From Schmidtea polychroa (lineage: Eukaryota): a DNA stretch of 64,000 nucleotides. Positions 27,856 through 40,490 of the stretch are shown piece after piece; the first letter of the stretch is position 1, and the number at the start of each line of letters is the position of its first letter. Where the stretch lies: assembly GCA_044892525.1 (NCBI GenBank), contig CM097888.1, positions 1,674,001 to 1,738,000 on the forward strand, in the 5' to 3' direction. Below the pieces are notes generated by a model. The model searched no databases. It was not told the DNA's origin and saw nothing but the letters and a program-made list of their open reading frames with translations. The translations under genes and the position numbers were made by a program.

Positions 27856-28745
27856 TTTATCTTTGCAATTAATCTGGCAATTGTTCAGGAGCAATAATTT
27901 GATTATTTCCACACGGCCACTCCAGCTTGCATAATGAATTGGTCTCCATCGCTGCCATTATTCAATTATTGATATATTTGCATTGATATTTACCCATTCA
28001 TCCTTGCATTCAATGTTGCAATTGTGATTAATCAATAATCTCACAATATCTGCATTGCCATTGCTGCTTGCCAAATGAATTGGTCTCTCTCCCTGCAATT
28101 ATTCAATTATTGATATATTTGCATTGATATTTACCCATTCATCCTTGCATTCAATATTGCAATTGTGATTAATCAATAATCTCACAATATCTGCATGGTC
28201 ACTGATGCTTGCATAATGAATTGGTCTCCATCGCTGCCATTATTCAATTATTGATATATTTGCATTGATATTTACCCATTTATCCTCGCATTCAATGCTG
28301 CAATTGTGAGCAATCAATAATCTCACAATATCTGCATGGCCATTGCTGCTTGCATAATGAATCGGTCTCCATCGCTGCAATTATTCAATTATTGATATAT
28401 TTGCATTGATATTTACCACATCATCCTCGCATTCAATATTGCAATTGTGATCAATCAACAACTGGACAATACTCAAAAATCCTTTCTCACATGCGATGTG
28501 AATTGGCAATTTCCCCTGAAGCCAGAAATATCCATTCAATAAGTTCAAATATCAAATATATTCCACTTTCTCCACCAGCTTGTTTACAAATGCCCCGCTT
28601 ATATTATTGCTGACTCCCTCCATGTTTCCATTGATCAGGGATTCCATGAAACATTTCCAATCGCTGCCACATAAAATATTCAATACAAATCATAGTCAAT
28701 ATCTCACCTCATTACACCAGTTTGATATCAGGAATATCTATTGGA
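27856..28745 (-). CDS. Ankyrin-repeat gene: five one-repeat exons with 42-nt introns, plus upstream exons
   Basis: Exons 28417-28515, 28276-28374, 28135-28233 and 27994-28092 are 99 nt (33 aa, e.g. GKLPIHIACEKGFLSIVQLLIDHNCNIECEDDV); 27856-27951 is 96 nt. Introns GTAAATATCAATGC..(G/T)GCAG. Confidence 0.85.
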
Positions 28746-30329
28746 CAATAATCATTATAATTATGATAATATATTAATATTTATAATAATTATGATAATA
28801 TATTAATATTTATAATAATTATGATAATATATTAATATTTATAATAATTATGATAATATATTAATATGTAAATAATACAAAATTACAATTGATAATTTAA
28901 TAATAAATTAAAATTAATTGCAATTAAATAAATTTAATATTAATTCATTAAAATATCTTGCATAAATATTGCATAACATTCCATAAATATTATATAATAT
29001 TCCATAAATATCTTACTTCCTAAATTTACCTAAAGTTAAATAAATTCACCAATAAACGGAAATCTTTGATGCAATAAAACAAACAAATTATAATGAATAA
29101 TTGATAAATGATTTTTTCATTCATTAAATTAAAAATAATTTGTGGAAATTAATTTATTTATCTGGAAATATAAAATAATATTTGAAACTTATAATCTGAT
29201 TATAATTCAGTTATAAATAGCCTAAAATAGAAATTGACACTAACTAGAATTTTGACAGTTTATTCGAAGGGGGTCTTAATAGATTAAGCCAAGTGGTCAG
29301 AAGATATAGCTTAAGGATTTGGTTTATCTACAGGTGCGAAAAATTAAGGCCTTATCAATAAATTGTTCTGATTTTAGTGTAGAAACACAAAATAATTGCT
29401 ACAATATATTTATTGGATTCCGCATCTAGTATTTACGAATATCGGAATGGCATTACATTTCATTGAATATGACTCTCCTGATTTCGGGCTGTTTGGTAAT
29501 TTAATTGTGATGGTGAAGTCTTCATTATATGAGCGTGATTGTTAATTTGAACTTGACGTATCCTTTGACTGCATTTTGTGTGATCTTACGACGAATGTAG
29601 TATCAGTAGTAGCTTTAAGAAATTAATTTTTTGCAAAGCCTAGGAGAAAAGTAATGTTCTTCGATAGTCCAGTATCAGGGTTTTCATGTTCTCTAACATG
29701 TTAGGATAAAAATTATCTTGAAGCTTGGCCTGCGTTTGGAGTAGGTGTTGATAGTTTTTGAATATATTTTGGGTGAATATTTTTTTTGTATCACTACTTT
29801 TGGCTATTTGTGAACCTAATTCTGACATTAACTCTTCAGATATTGTGTTTAACTTGAAGTCTTGTCTTGATTTGGTGATGGCATTTGTGTGCGACTCAAA
29901 AATGTGGAACCAATATAATGGAGTGCCGTCTGTGACTAAAAATATCAATTTAGTTCGAATGATGGACGTTGATGAGGGATGCTCGATGTTTGTTTTGGCC
30001 CCGCATCTTGTCCTGATAAAAAGTGTGATAATTGAATATTCCGGGATTGAAAAAGGCTCGATGATGGGGGCCCTGTTATTAAAGACGAAAATTTCGTCAT
30101 CGACTATTACAAAAGTCTTTAGGGAGATCTAGAGATGTAGAGGCTGTAGAGGCATCCACCAGTGGAGGATTTATCTTACAATTAGATACTGTGGCAACTA
30201 ACAATGGATTAGTTTAATTTCTGATTCCGAATATGACAAGGCTATATCAAATGTATCGAGTGAATAAGTTTCAGGTGAAATCAAAGATACATACGACAAG
30301 GATTCCATTCAGCAAACATCAAACGATTA

Positions 30330-30860
30330 TTTTCATATCGCAAGGTGGCCTGAAAATAGGCAGCCTATAATTAATTTGTTAGTGAGGACTGGTCCTAATC
30401 AAATATTAGATTATAAGTTTCCCATAGCTATCCAATATGGTATTGGAGGTAGAAATAGAAAATTTAACATAGCTAACTATTATCCCATGCTTCCAAATGG
30501 TGAATCATACAAGCGTGATTGGCTTGTACATTCAAAATTAGAAGATGTCGTGCTTTGTTTCTGTTGTAAGTCATTTTCAAAAATGTTGATTGTCTGATTT
30601 AAGTGGACAAGGGTAGGATTATGGATCGAATATGCATTAAACCTAGTGGTAAATGATGCAGCTAGATGTTGCGTAGAAGCTGTCGCCCTTTACAATATTG
30701 TACAACGAATTTGTGTTTTTCTCGTCATCAGCGCAACGATGAAATATACTTAAACAAAATGTAAGACATGAAACATTGGAGGGACTCAGAAATACAAGAT
30801 GGACCAGTCGCATAGGTGCGGTCAAACCAATTAGAAATTCCGCATCCAGTAAACAGATGT
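30330..30860 (+). mobile_element. hAT transposase relic (internally deleted)
   Basis: TTF-type zinc finger LPNGESYKRDWLVHSK..VLCFCCKSF, then decayed GQGYD, HALNLVVNDAA and TRWTSRIGAVK, with stops and a frameshift. Confidence 0.75.
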
Positions 30861-31178
30861 TGTGATGAACAAATAAATATAACAACAATTACAGCAGCAA
30901 GAAACAAATCAAAAGCGAAAGCTCTGAGTAGTAAGATGTGTCACCTCCAGGACATGTCACATCCAGGACAGGTCAAGGTCAAATTTTAAGGTCAAGGTCA
31001 AAAATTTTTTTTTTTAAGGTCTGATATCATTTACTGATATCATTCACACATGATTTAGTAACAGTTCATAGTGCAAATCATGTGAATTTCCGTTGATGTA
31101 ATCGATTATTAACGCATAATTTCATACCACATGTTATCCCTTCAAATATTTTAATCAATAATAATTCAGTATTTTTCC

Positions 31179-31209
<31 letters not shown>

Positions 31210-34200
31210 TAAAACAATAAAATGATAATTTAAGCCTTTTGCTGCAAATAATGTATTTAATGAAAGAATTTTCGACTATACGATAGTCCTTGTCAATCTC
31301 CTGGAATTTAGCAATGTTCTTCCCCAAAATACCTTTCAATCTTTCTTTGATTTCCTTTCTCTTAATTCTCATTGGTTGTAAATATAATGAATTGTTTTAC
31401 TAAAAACTTTTAAAATTTTTTACATTTAAAATTTCAAAATGACACAAACTAAAAATTTTTAAATTTTTTTACAGCTTCTATAATTAGCTTCTAGAAGCCT
31501 AATAAAATATTTGAAAATATTTTAAATAAAGCCTCCAATAACTACTTATATATGCTATTTAAATATTTCAATAAATGTGTCAATTTTGATTTTCAAACCC
31601 TATTTTTAAAAATTTTTTTTTATATTATTCTAATTATTACTTTTTAATTTATTCTATTTTTTTTAATTTCTTTATATATTGTCAGTTATTCTCAAAGTCA
31701 ATGACAACAGATCAAATTCATGATTTCATTGATTTCTTCTTTAGTGTTGATCTTTGGCTGTTTGTTTATGATGAGAATTGCTTCTTTGATTCTGACATTT
31801 TTCTTTTGGATGTTTCCATTAGCTATGATTTCTATTGAAATATTTTTTCTTTCTTCTGTTGGCTGACACTGCCGGAGATGTCTGCCCAACGAGGATGTTC
31901 CACCAGGATCTAGATGTTCTTTAACTCTTTGGTGCAATGTCCTGAGGGTACTTCCAATGTAGATTTCATTGCATACATTGCACGTGATGCAATAGACGAT
32001 GTTTTTTCTAAAGCACATATCTTTCGGTGTCTGGCAGTTTTTCATTGTGCAATTGTTTTCTCTATTTATGTGGCCTGCCAGAGCCCTTCTCAATGTCCAA
32101 GATTTATGTGCTATCCGAATTGGAAGACCGGTACGTTTAAGTTCTTTCAGGATCTTGAAGTCGAGTATGTCACTGATGAATGGGATATTCAGATAGAAAT
32201 ATTTCTGATTCTTTTGTGTTAATTCCTTAGATCTTCTTGGGGTAGAATTCATTCTTTCAATGTCCTCACCTTGGTATCCGTTTCGGTGTAGGATTTTATT
32301 GAAATTTGATTGCTCTTTAAAGTTTTCGTTTTTCTCCGTGCATCGATTGGCTATTCTTCGTTTCTCGTTTCTTATGACATGTACTTTCTATAAGTATGGA
32401 AGCGCTGATCTTTGGTGCATAAATATTTCTTTGCAAGCTGGTTTTCTGTAGAACCCGTATGTTGGAGTATTTTCTTCTATTTTGATTCTCAAATCCAATA
32501 AATTGAGGGATCCATCTTCTTCCGGATATTCGATTTCGAACTTAATATCTTGATGAGCCGCATTGAATGTATGAAATATTTCCTCCGCTTCTTTTTTGTT
32601 TATGGTCGTGATGAAGATATCATCTACATATCTTGCATAGAAACCAATGGGTTGTATGGTCCTCAGTGTCTGTCGTTCGAGGTTATCCATAAAGATGATT
32701 GCTAGCAGTCCTGATATGCTAGAACCCATAGGCAGACCTTTAACTTGTTTATAGATATTTTGTTCAAAGGTAAAATAGGTGTTCTCGAGGATAACAGTAA
32801 GTAGTTTGGTGATATTCTCGATATTCATTTCCTTTATTAACAAGTTGCTTTCTCTTAATTTCTTTTCTAAACATTGAATAGCCTCTGTTGGTTCGATAGA
32901 TGTGTATAGTGATACGACATCAAGACTAAATGGGTATTGGAATTCTCTATGACAAATCATGTTATTATTTAGTCTTGTCATGAGGCAGTCGCTGCTTTGA
33001 AGATGGTGTGGTATCGTGTCTAATAAAGGTTTCAAGATCTTTGCAAGGAGCCAACTTGTTTTAGTTGTTGGTCCATTTTTGTTGGACACTATAGGTCTAA
33101 TTTTGATACCAGGACCCTCTTTGTGAGTTTTAATTAGGTGGTAGAAGTTAGGAAGATCAGAATTTTTTGTGACGAAGCTGTTGGTTATTCTGTTGTTGAG
33201 CCTCATTTCCAAAGCTATGGCTTTCCATACTTTGTTGATCTTCATTTCGATGGTGTTTGGTGACATGCGGCTGACTTTCTTGTATGTTTCGATGTTGCCG
33301 AGGTGTTCGTAACCAGCTTCACAGTAACGATTCTTCTCTATAATGCAAAATTCTCCCCCCTTGTCACTTGGTAAGTAAACGTACGGTTTCTTTTTAAGGG
33401 ATTTTAATATTGCCTGTTCGTCTTTCGTTAGGTTTGAGAGATATGGTTTTCTTCTTTCCTTCTCAACTATCTCCATGATTTTGTGACAGACCTTTGAGAG
33501 TGTTGAATCTAATTCTGCATCAGGATTTGGTTGATAGAGTTTATCTGTGTTTATGTATACTGGGAGCTGGTTTACGCTATTTTCATTTTCATGCGGTATT
33601 GTATTGTTCCATTTGATCTGGTACGCAATGCGACAAAGAGCTGTTTTGAAATTGAGGATGGCTGCTTCATCTATTTCTCTGTTTATACTGAACTTTGGTC
33701 CTAGTGAAAGTAATCCTTTTTCACCTTTGGATAGACAATTTGTGAGATCGGTTACTAGTTCTTTGTTCACTGTAATGCTTTCGTTTCCGTCCAGTGTTTC
33801 ATTGTTCATAACAAGGCCTGCTTTGAGCTCCTTTTTTCTCAAAAGGTGTTTGATTCTTTTGTCAAATCGCAAGGAATAATGTACTTCTGCTGTCATGAAG
33901 GATTGTCTTTGTACCTCGTAGATCAATTCTTTTGGGTGGTTATTCAAATACGTTTTCAAAATGTTTTCTTGATTCTTTTGTTCCCTATGAGTTTCTCCGT
34001 ACATACTTCTAATTAAATTTGTTAAAATATAATCTTTGATGTTTTTATTTCTCTTGATGTTTCGATCTTTGTTGAGAATCTGAGGTAAGTGGATGTTATC
34101 AATTGTTGTTGGATAGATCTTTCTTTCCTTACATCGGCGAAGGAAATTTATTTGGCAGTATAATTTCGCAATTTTCTCGTTGATTCTAGCTAAATTCCGT

Positions 34201-35136
34201 ATTTCCAAGTATTTTGCCCGGCTCAGGCCTTTTGAAAGTATAAAATGATGATTGCTTGGTAGCAGCATTTATTATTTAAAACAATAAAATGATAATTTAA
34301 GCCTTTTGCTGCAAATAATGTATTTAATGAAAGAATTTTCGACTATACGATAGTCCTTGTCAATCTCCTGGAATTTAGCAATGTTCTTCCCCAAAATACC
34401 TTTCAATCTTTCTTTGATTTCCTTTCTCTTAATTCTCATTGGTTGTAAATATAATGAATTGTTTTACTAAAACCTTTTAAAATTTTTTACATTTAAAATT
34501 TCAAAATGACACAAACTAAAAATTTTTAAATTTTTTTACAGCTTCTATAATTAGCTTCTAGAAGCCTAATAAAATATTTGAAAATATTTTAAATAAAGCC
34601 TCCAATAACTACTTATATATGCTATTTAAATATTTCAATAAATGTGTCAATTTTGATTTTCAAACCCTATTTTTAAAAATTTTTTTTTATATTATTCTAA
34701 TTATTACTTTTTAATTTATTCTATTTTTTTTAATTTCTTTATATATTGTCAGTTATTCTCAAAGTCAATGACAACAGATCAAATTCATGATTTCATTGAT
34801 TTCTTCTTTAGTGTTGATCTTTGGCTGTCTGTTTATGATGAGAATTGCTTCTTTGATTCTGACATTTTTCTTTTGGATGTTTCCATTAGCTATGATTTCT
34901 ATTGAAATATTTTTTCTTTCTTCTGTTGGCTGACACTGCCGGAGATGTCTGCCCAACGAGGATGTTCCACCAGGATCTAGATGTTCTTTAACTCTTTGGT
35001 GCAATGTCCTGAGGGTACTTCCAATGTAGATTTCATTGCATACATTGCACGTGATGCAATAGACGATGTTTTTTCTAAAGCACATATCTTTCGGTGTCTG
35101 GCAGTTTTTCATTGTGCAATTGTTTTCTCTATTTAT

Positions 35137-35138
<2 letters not shown>
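31210..35138 (-). mobile_element. Penelope-like retroelement with 862-bp direct pseudo-LTRs
   Basis: 31210-32071 repeats at 34277-35138 (offset 3067); RT plus GIY-YIG ORF between; (TAA)n on both flanks. Confidence 0.92.
31698..34268 (-). pseudogene. Penelope-like RT + GIY-YIG endonuclease (856 codons) with one in-frame TAG
   Basis: RT motifs PSDKG, SLDVVSLY, GLPMGS, YARYVDDIF; endonuclease NIVYCITCNVCNEIYIGSTLRTLHQRVKEH. The 626-aa and 184-aa ORFs share a frame; read-through of TAG 32388-32390 gives KVHVIRNEKRR...NGY. Confidence 0.9.

Positions 35139-35206
<68 letters not shown>
35137..35206. repeat. (TAA)n microsatellite
   Basis: More than 20 perfect TAA units. Confidence 0.98.
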
Positions 35207-35210
<4 letters not shown>

Positions 35211-35488
35211 ATTTTTACAAATAATTACTATTATTATAAGAACTTTTATTTCTTCCAATTTCATCACTGATTATAATATCCATTGAATTGAAAAGAGACT
35301 TTGAAGATTATAAATCAGTAATATATCGATGTTTGTTGACTCTCACAAATTGTCGGCACTGCCTTGTTAAGTGAATTTGATCATTATTACATTAAATATT
35401 TATTGTTGGATAATTACATTTAAAAGGTTCAACCAATTTCATAAATCAGCTTTGAATCACTTTAATATAAATCTTCATAAGAAATTAC

Positions 35489-35567
<79 letters not shown>
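35489..35567. repeat. (TTA)n microsatellite
   Basis: About 25 perfect units. Confidence 0.98.
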
Positions 35568-35569
<2 letters not shown>

Positions 35570-36615
35570 ATTTTCATCAACTCAAATTTAACAAGGTTAG
35601 TCACACAAATCGAATTCTGAAATCAAACAAATGCATTTAATAAAAATTAAAATCATCGACATACACAACCGCCGTTCGCCCGCCCGCCCCGAAGGGGCTG
35701 GCGCCGTAGTTTGTAAATTTGGTTTATTTTGAATATTATTATTTGATACATAGTTTTATTATTTACAATATTCAAAGTATTAATAACAAAGGTAAAGAAA
35801 TAAATGTTTATAGTATGATACTCATTAATATACATTGAACATGCTTTACATTTGCGAACATTTGAAATTTGAAATTTTAAGGATTACCTTCGATAGATTA
35901 TATTGAATAATGGTTCATTAAAAAGGTCTCATTTTTTTTTTTGGATTTTTGTGAAAAGTTGTAGGTTAGGCTGAAAATTAATTAGTAAAAAAAAAATTGG
36001 CACTTTTTGTGTTGTCGAAATAATTGAAATAAATATTTTAAAAAAATGTAAAAAACTGAAACGTTAAATATCATTGCAAGTGTTGGCGTATGTGGGGGAA
36101 AGAAAATATATAGGCATGATTATCATACACATCAGGTGTCATTATTCTACTCAGATCATTCCCTCACGCACTCCAAATGATCATTCGCATATTCCCACAT
36201 ATGAGCCCGTGGTGATGTTCCACGTTGGTACTGCTCACACGGGTTGGAAAGAGTTAGCAGGTGAGCCCCTGCCTTAGGACTACTCCTAACCCTTTCTCGG
36301 TTCGGGTTCTACGGTGCCATAGAAGGTCTTACCCATTCTTTACGCATCATTCGGTCCGACCCTGGTCCAAAAGGTACGACATTTAAGTTTCTACTATATT
36401 TTCGTGATCCTTCTCTCATGCAATTCAACCGTAGCAAATCATACATACAATTTACACAATCAAAGAAAATCGAACAGTTATATTAGAACGGAACATCAAA
36501 TTACATTCAGCATTGTTTAAACAAATGCAAAACATTAAAGATTAGTCACGAGATAACGTCGCTTCTTCAAGTTCGTTCGTAATAGCAGGGGAATCGAGAC
36601 CCGAGAGAGAATTGG

Positions 36616-37380
36616 CTACGAGAATGCTTCTCCTTCTGCGAGCATCTCGTCGATGTCAACGGGCAACCGGCGATCTTCGAGGAATTTGATACTGCCGGCC
36701 GGAACTACCCGGAATACTTCCTTTGTAGGAATGGAATGGGTAACTGTAATTTCCTTGATAGTTGCTTTGGCCACAGATAACGATGCTTCGAGCGCGGCCA
36801 TGGCATTTCTACGCTTCTGATTTTTTTCAGAACGCGTCAGCCGCTTACGCTTTCGATGGGGAAATGTAGCTTCTGCTGGGGACTGAAGGAGGTGTGGCAC
36901 GCGTACTGGAGCCAAGATGGGGTCCGATGGACCGCCAGCCGTAGGTCGATCGCCCGAAAGAACTGGGGCGGGAATTGGCGGCATTTGTGGGCCATGCCCT
37001 TTACAGCTGGGTGTTGTTGAGGTTTCAGCTAATTTGTGGTGCATTGGGAACACGTTAGTCCCATCTTGTATCGGGTACTCGCGAACTCGCTTCGCTAGTT
37101 CTGATTCGGAATACACCTTGTGCAGTGCCTCTGATTGGGCCTTTATGGTTAGCCTCTGGCACCTGCTTTCTTCCAGGAGACTGTCACGGCAGTGCTCCAA
37201 ACGCAGAATCTTGCTCTTCTCCTCCTTCATTTGTGGTGGGGAGAACCACGTTCCCTCATAGAGGTCAATTCTCTTCTTCAATTCCCCGATGTACAAGTGG
37301 AGCTGTGCGATATCGGCATTTTTATCAGCACAGGAAAAGCAAGGTCTGAGGGTTTTCCCGGAACTGGTTGAGGTATTCAT
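36616..37380 (-). CDS. 254-aa LTR-encoded protein (CxxC, coiled coil, Pro-rich, basic RKRKR..KRR patch)
   Basis: ATG-initiated 765-nt ORF, same translation in both LTRs, sense to the element, preceded by TTTAG. Confidence 0.6.
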   Translation of the reverse strand: MNTSTSSGKTLRPCFSCADKNADIAQLHLYIGELKKRIDLYEGTWFSPPQMKEEKSKILRLEHCRDSLLEESRCQRLTIKAQSEALHKVYSESELAKRVREYPIQDGTNVFPMHHKLAETSTTPSCKGHGPQMPPIPAPVLSGDRPTAGGPSDPILAPVRVPHLLQSPAEATFPHRKRKRLTRSEKNQKRRNAMAALEASLSVAKATIKEITVTHSIPTKEVFRVVPAGSIKFLEDRRLPVDIDEMLAEGEAFS

Positions 37381-40300
37381 CTAAATCGTTAAGGAATTTT
37401 TATTAAAAATAGAAAAAAATTCACTGGTGTGTTATTCATATTTTCGGAAAACGAAATTTAAGATCTCCCCGACCAAGTTATCCGAGAGTGGCCTACCAAT
37501 CTACCCCGTCGGCAAACATTCACCTTCATGCAACCTCAAACATCTAAACTAACCCATGAAATCATTACTACTTTATGAGAAGAAAACGGGATTCATGAAA
37601 ACAATTCATTATGCTAGCTTTTAGGTTTACTTTACGGGTTTGACTATTTTTAACTACTGCATGACTGTTAATTCGTTACTATGAACGCTATTATCTTAAT
37701 TATCGTTGTTACATTTTAACAATTATATTTTACTCCTTTTGCTGCTACGTCATTAAATTCTACGCGTATTGTATGATGAGCGGGAAATCGGCAGTTACCG
37801 GGACACCCCGTCTTGTATGTAGACCCCTCGGGTTTGTACGAAAATCATAATACTCTCACTTAAATTGTTATCGTGGATTATAATTTAGTTATTTCAATTT
37901 AACGCCATAAACATCGTCCTAGTGACGCTTAAATCGGGCGCAGTTATGTGTTCATTTGCTTGTCTATCTATACCGTCAACTATCGACGGGTTCGTTACGA
38001 TGCATGTTGGTGCATTTAACTAGCGACTTGCACACTGACACAAAAAATTTCTCGTCGCATCGCCATGTTCTCTGACGCAATCCAGTGGTCTACTAGCAGA
38101 TACAAGTTTACGACTCTCTCCCTCTGATTAGGTAATGATGATATCCACATGTGCACTGTGACCTAATCTGAGTGTGATGCATGTGTACATGTGGGCGAGC
38201 GATTAATAGAGGTAGAGTTGTAGAGAGATGCTCTAGTTGAGACGGGTACTCAGTTGGTGTGTCCAAAACTCAAGAAATTCGATTGTGTGGGTGACTTGCG
38301 GATTCAGTAGATAAAAATTACTCTATTTTCTGGATTTTCGATATTTGGTCGATTCACGATAAGACCACTCAATACACTCGATCGACTGCCGCCTTCTAAA
38401 TCAACTCGTTCGATGACTTTATCAAATTATCAGCCGATTTTCCCCCTCGGAAACTTATCTGGCCATGGGCAACTAATGATTCTCCTATCGCTATTGATAT
38501 CTTCACTCGGACTCACGGCAAGTGATTTATTTCCTTATCAAAAAATTTGTTTACTTTCCCCTTTTAGACGAGCCGCTGTCAACGTCAAACCAAACTTTAT
38601 CAGATATTCGATGTCAAGCTAAAGTCTAAATTAGTAAATGAATGGGTTTACTCGCTAATGTCCCTGCAATGTACCTCTCGGGGTTCAATTTTTAAGTGCT
38701 TAGCGGATCTTCCAGTGAAAACTCTAACAATTCATCGCCCATCCCTACTCAGACATCTATCAATATTCGACGGAAAAGCAAATTTTCCTAACAACAACGA
38801 ACTACTGATCTCAATCCGAAAAATTGTCTCCGACTTTGGAAATTTACATTATTTATTCTGAAACTTCAGCGTGACTTCATAAAAGAAAACGAAAGATCCT
38901 CTATCAGATCGCGCTCGATGTGAGAAATTCTACTTCCAACAGTATTCCACCTGCGGAGTCTCCTCACCCCTCATGACCCACCCAAGAAGGCAATCATCTC
39001 TGCCGCCGTTCTTGCATCGTCGTGAGGGACCGTTTGACTCGTCTTTCACAAAATCAACATTTAATATACAATTTATGAATAATAAGATGAATGAATGAAT
39101 CAAATAGTAGCAAATGGATCAGTAAAAATAAATGGATCAATAAAGCTCACCCGGCGACCCTATCATTTGGACTCCAAGTATGATGTTATTCATTCCACAC
39201 AACCGCAGCCTCATCATAACCTTGGTAGATCTCTCACATGATAAATATCCTTCTCTGCAAATGTCACATTTTCATTTTCAGCATCTTCGGGATTTCTTAT
39301 GAAGGTCAACCTTCCCACTGTTGTGTTCTCTGCCGTGGTACATTTCCAACTCATCCACATCATACTGGGAGCTCTCAGATGGTACAGTCGCCGGCACCAT
39401 GAAGAAAAGGCCATTTGTATTTCAATAAATTTATTTTACGAAATGAGTTTTGTCTTTCATCATTAATAAATTAACTAATACATATAAATCAATCGGCCTA
39501 CCGATAGTTTCAAAAACTGGAACGAAATCGAGTTTAAACTGGTTTCAAATTAATTGAAGGTAAATTCTGAAAATCTCTCGAATTGGCGTTTGCGATTCTA
39601 GTCCTGAATTCGGTGAAATATCTGAAGTCTATGCTCTGTAATCGTGAAAAATTAAAAGTGGTTTTTAAGTTTTTCTAAAATTTACCTGTAATCGTGAAAA
39701 ATTAAAAGTGGTTGTCGTCTAATTTTTCACGTTACATATATAGTATTTTTCGTCCAATCAGGACGCTACCTGCTTGTATTTTTACTATTTATTATTATTT
39801 TTATGTTTTTATCATCGTATTTTAAATTTTTAATGACCTGACTTATCTCTTATTATTATTTTATTTATTTTCTTGTTTTTACTATTTTTCTCCTATTTTT
39901 CCTGTGGATTTATTGCTACTTTATGGTAATATAATTTCTTGTTTTAATTAGACTTAAAGATAGTTTTATTTTTTATTTATTTCTTAAATTTCTCTTTTAT
40001 TTGTTGTCACTTTTTTACTTATTTTATTCTATTTCATCTGCTGGGTCCTAAATCGCTTTATTTCTAAATCTCAAGGGGTTTATTGGATTTTATTTTAGTT
40101 TGTTTACTTATTCTTATTCTTTTATTGTTATTTTATTGTTCCTTCCTATTTACTAGTGAGATTTCTATGGTACTTTATATTTTTATCTTATTTCATTTAT
40201 TTTTCAAGGATTACTTTTCTATTCGCTCCAGTTTTCGAAACTCCACGTTTTAGCCCAACAAATCACTCCGGGGCCCGTTAAAATTGCGCCCCGCAATTCA

Positions 40301-40490
40301 CATAATATCATACGTTTAACTCATACCTTTTTCGGCATAACAACTAATTTCACGGTCAACATTCACACAAACATAAAATTAAAATAACTAAATAATACTT
40401 TAATTAAACAGATAAAAGGACAAATATAAGCAAGCAGTGGCCACTTTAGGTGACCGGATTTATACACACAAAGTTTATGAATAGTCGATG

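Noticed and set aside
32388-32390. Selenocysteine recoding as in some Naiad Penelope-like elements
   Set aside because: The stop is TAG, not TGA.
31210-35138. Hammerhead ribozyme in the Penelope pseudo-LTR
   Set aside because: No CUGANGA...GAAA core found by eye; an Infernal search would settle it.
34981-35568. Poly-Ile and poly-Tyr ORFs
   Set aside because: Translations of (TAA)n and (TTA)n microsatellites.
39214-39414. 66-aa minus-strand ORF in the element
   Set aside because: Short, no motif, and lacks the acceptor signature of the other accessory ORFs.
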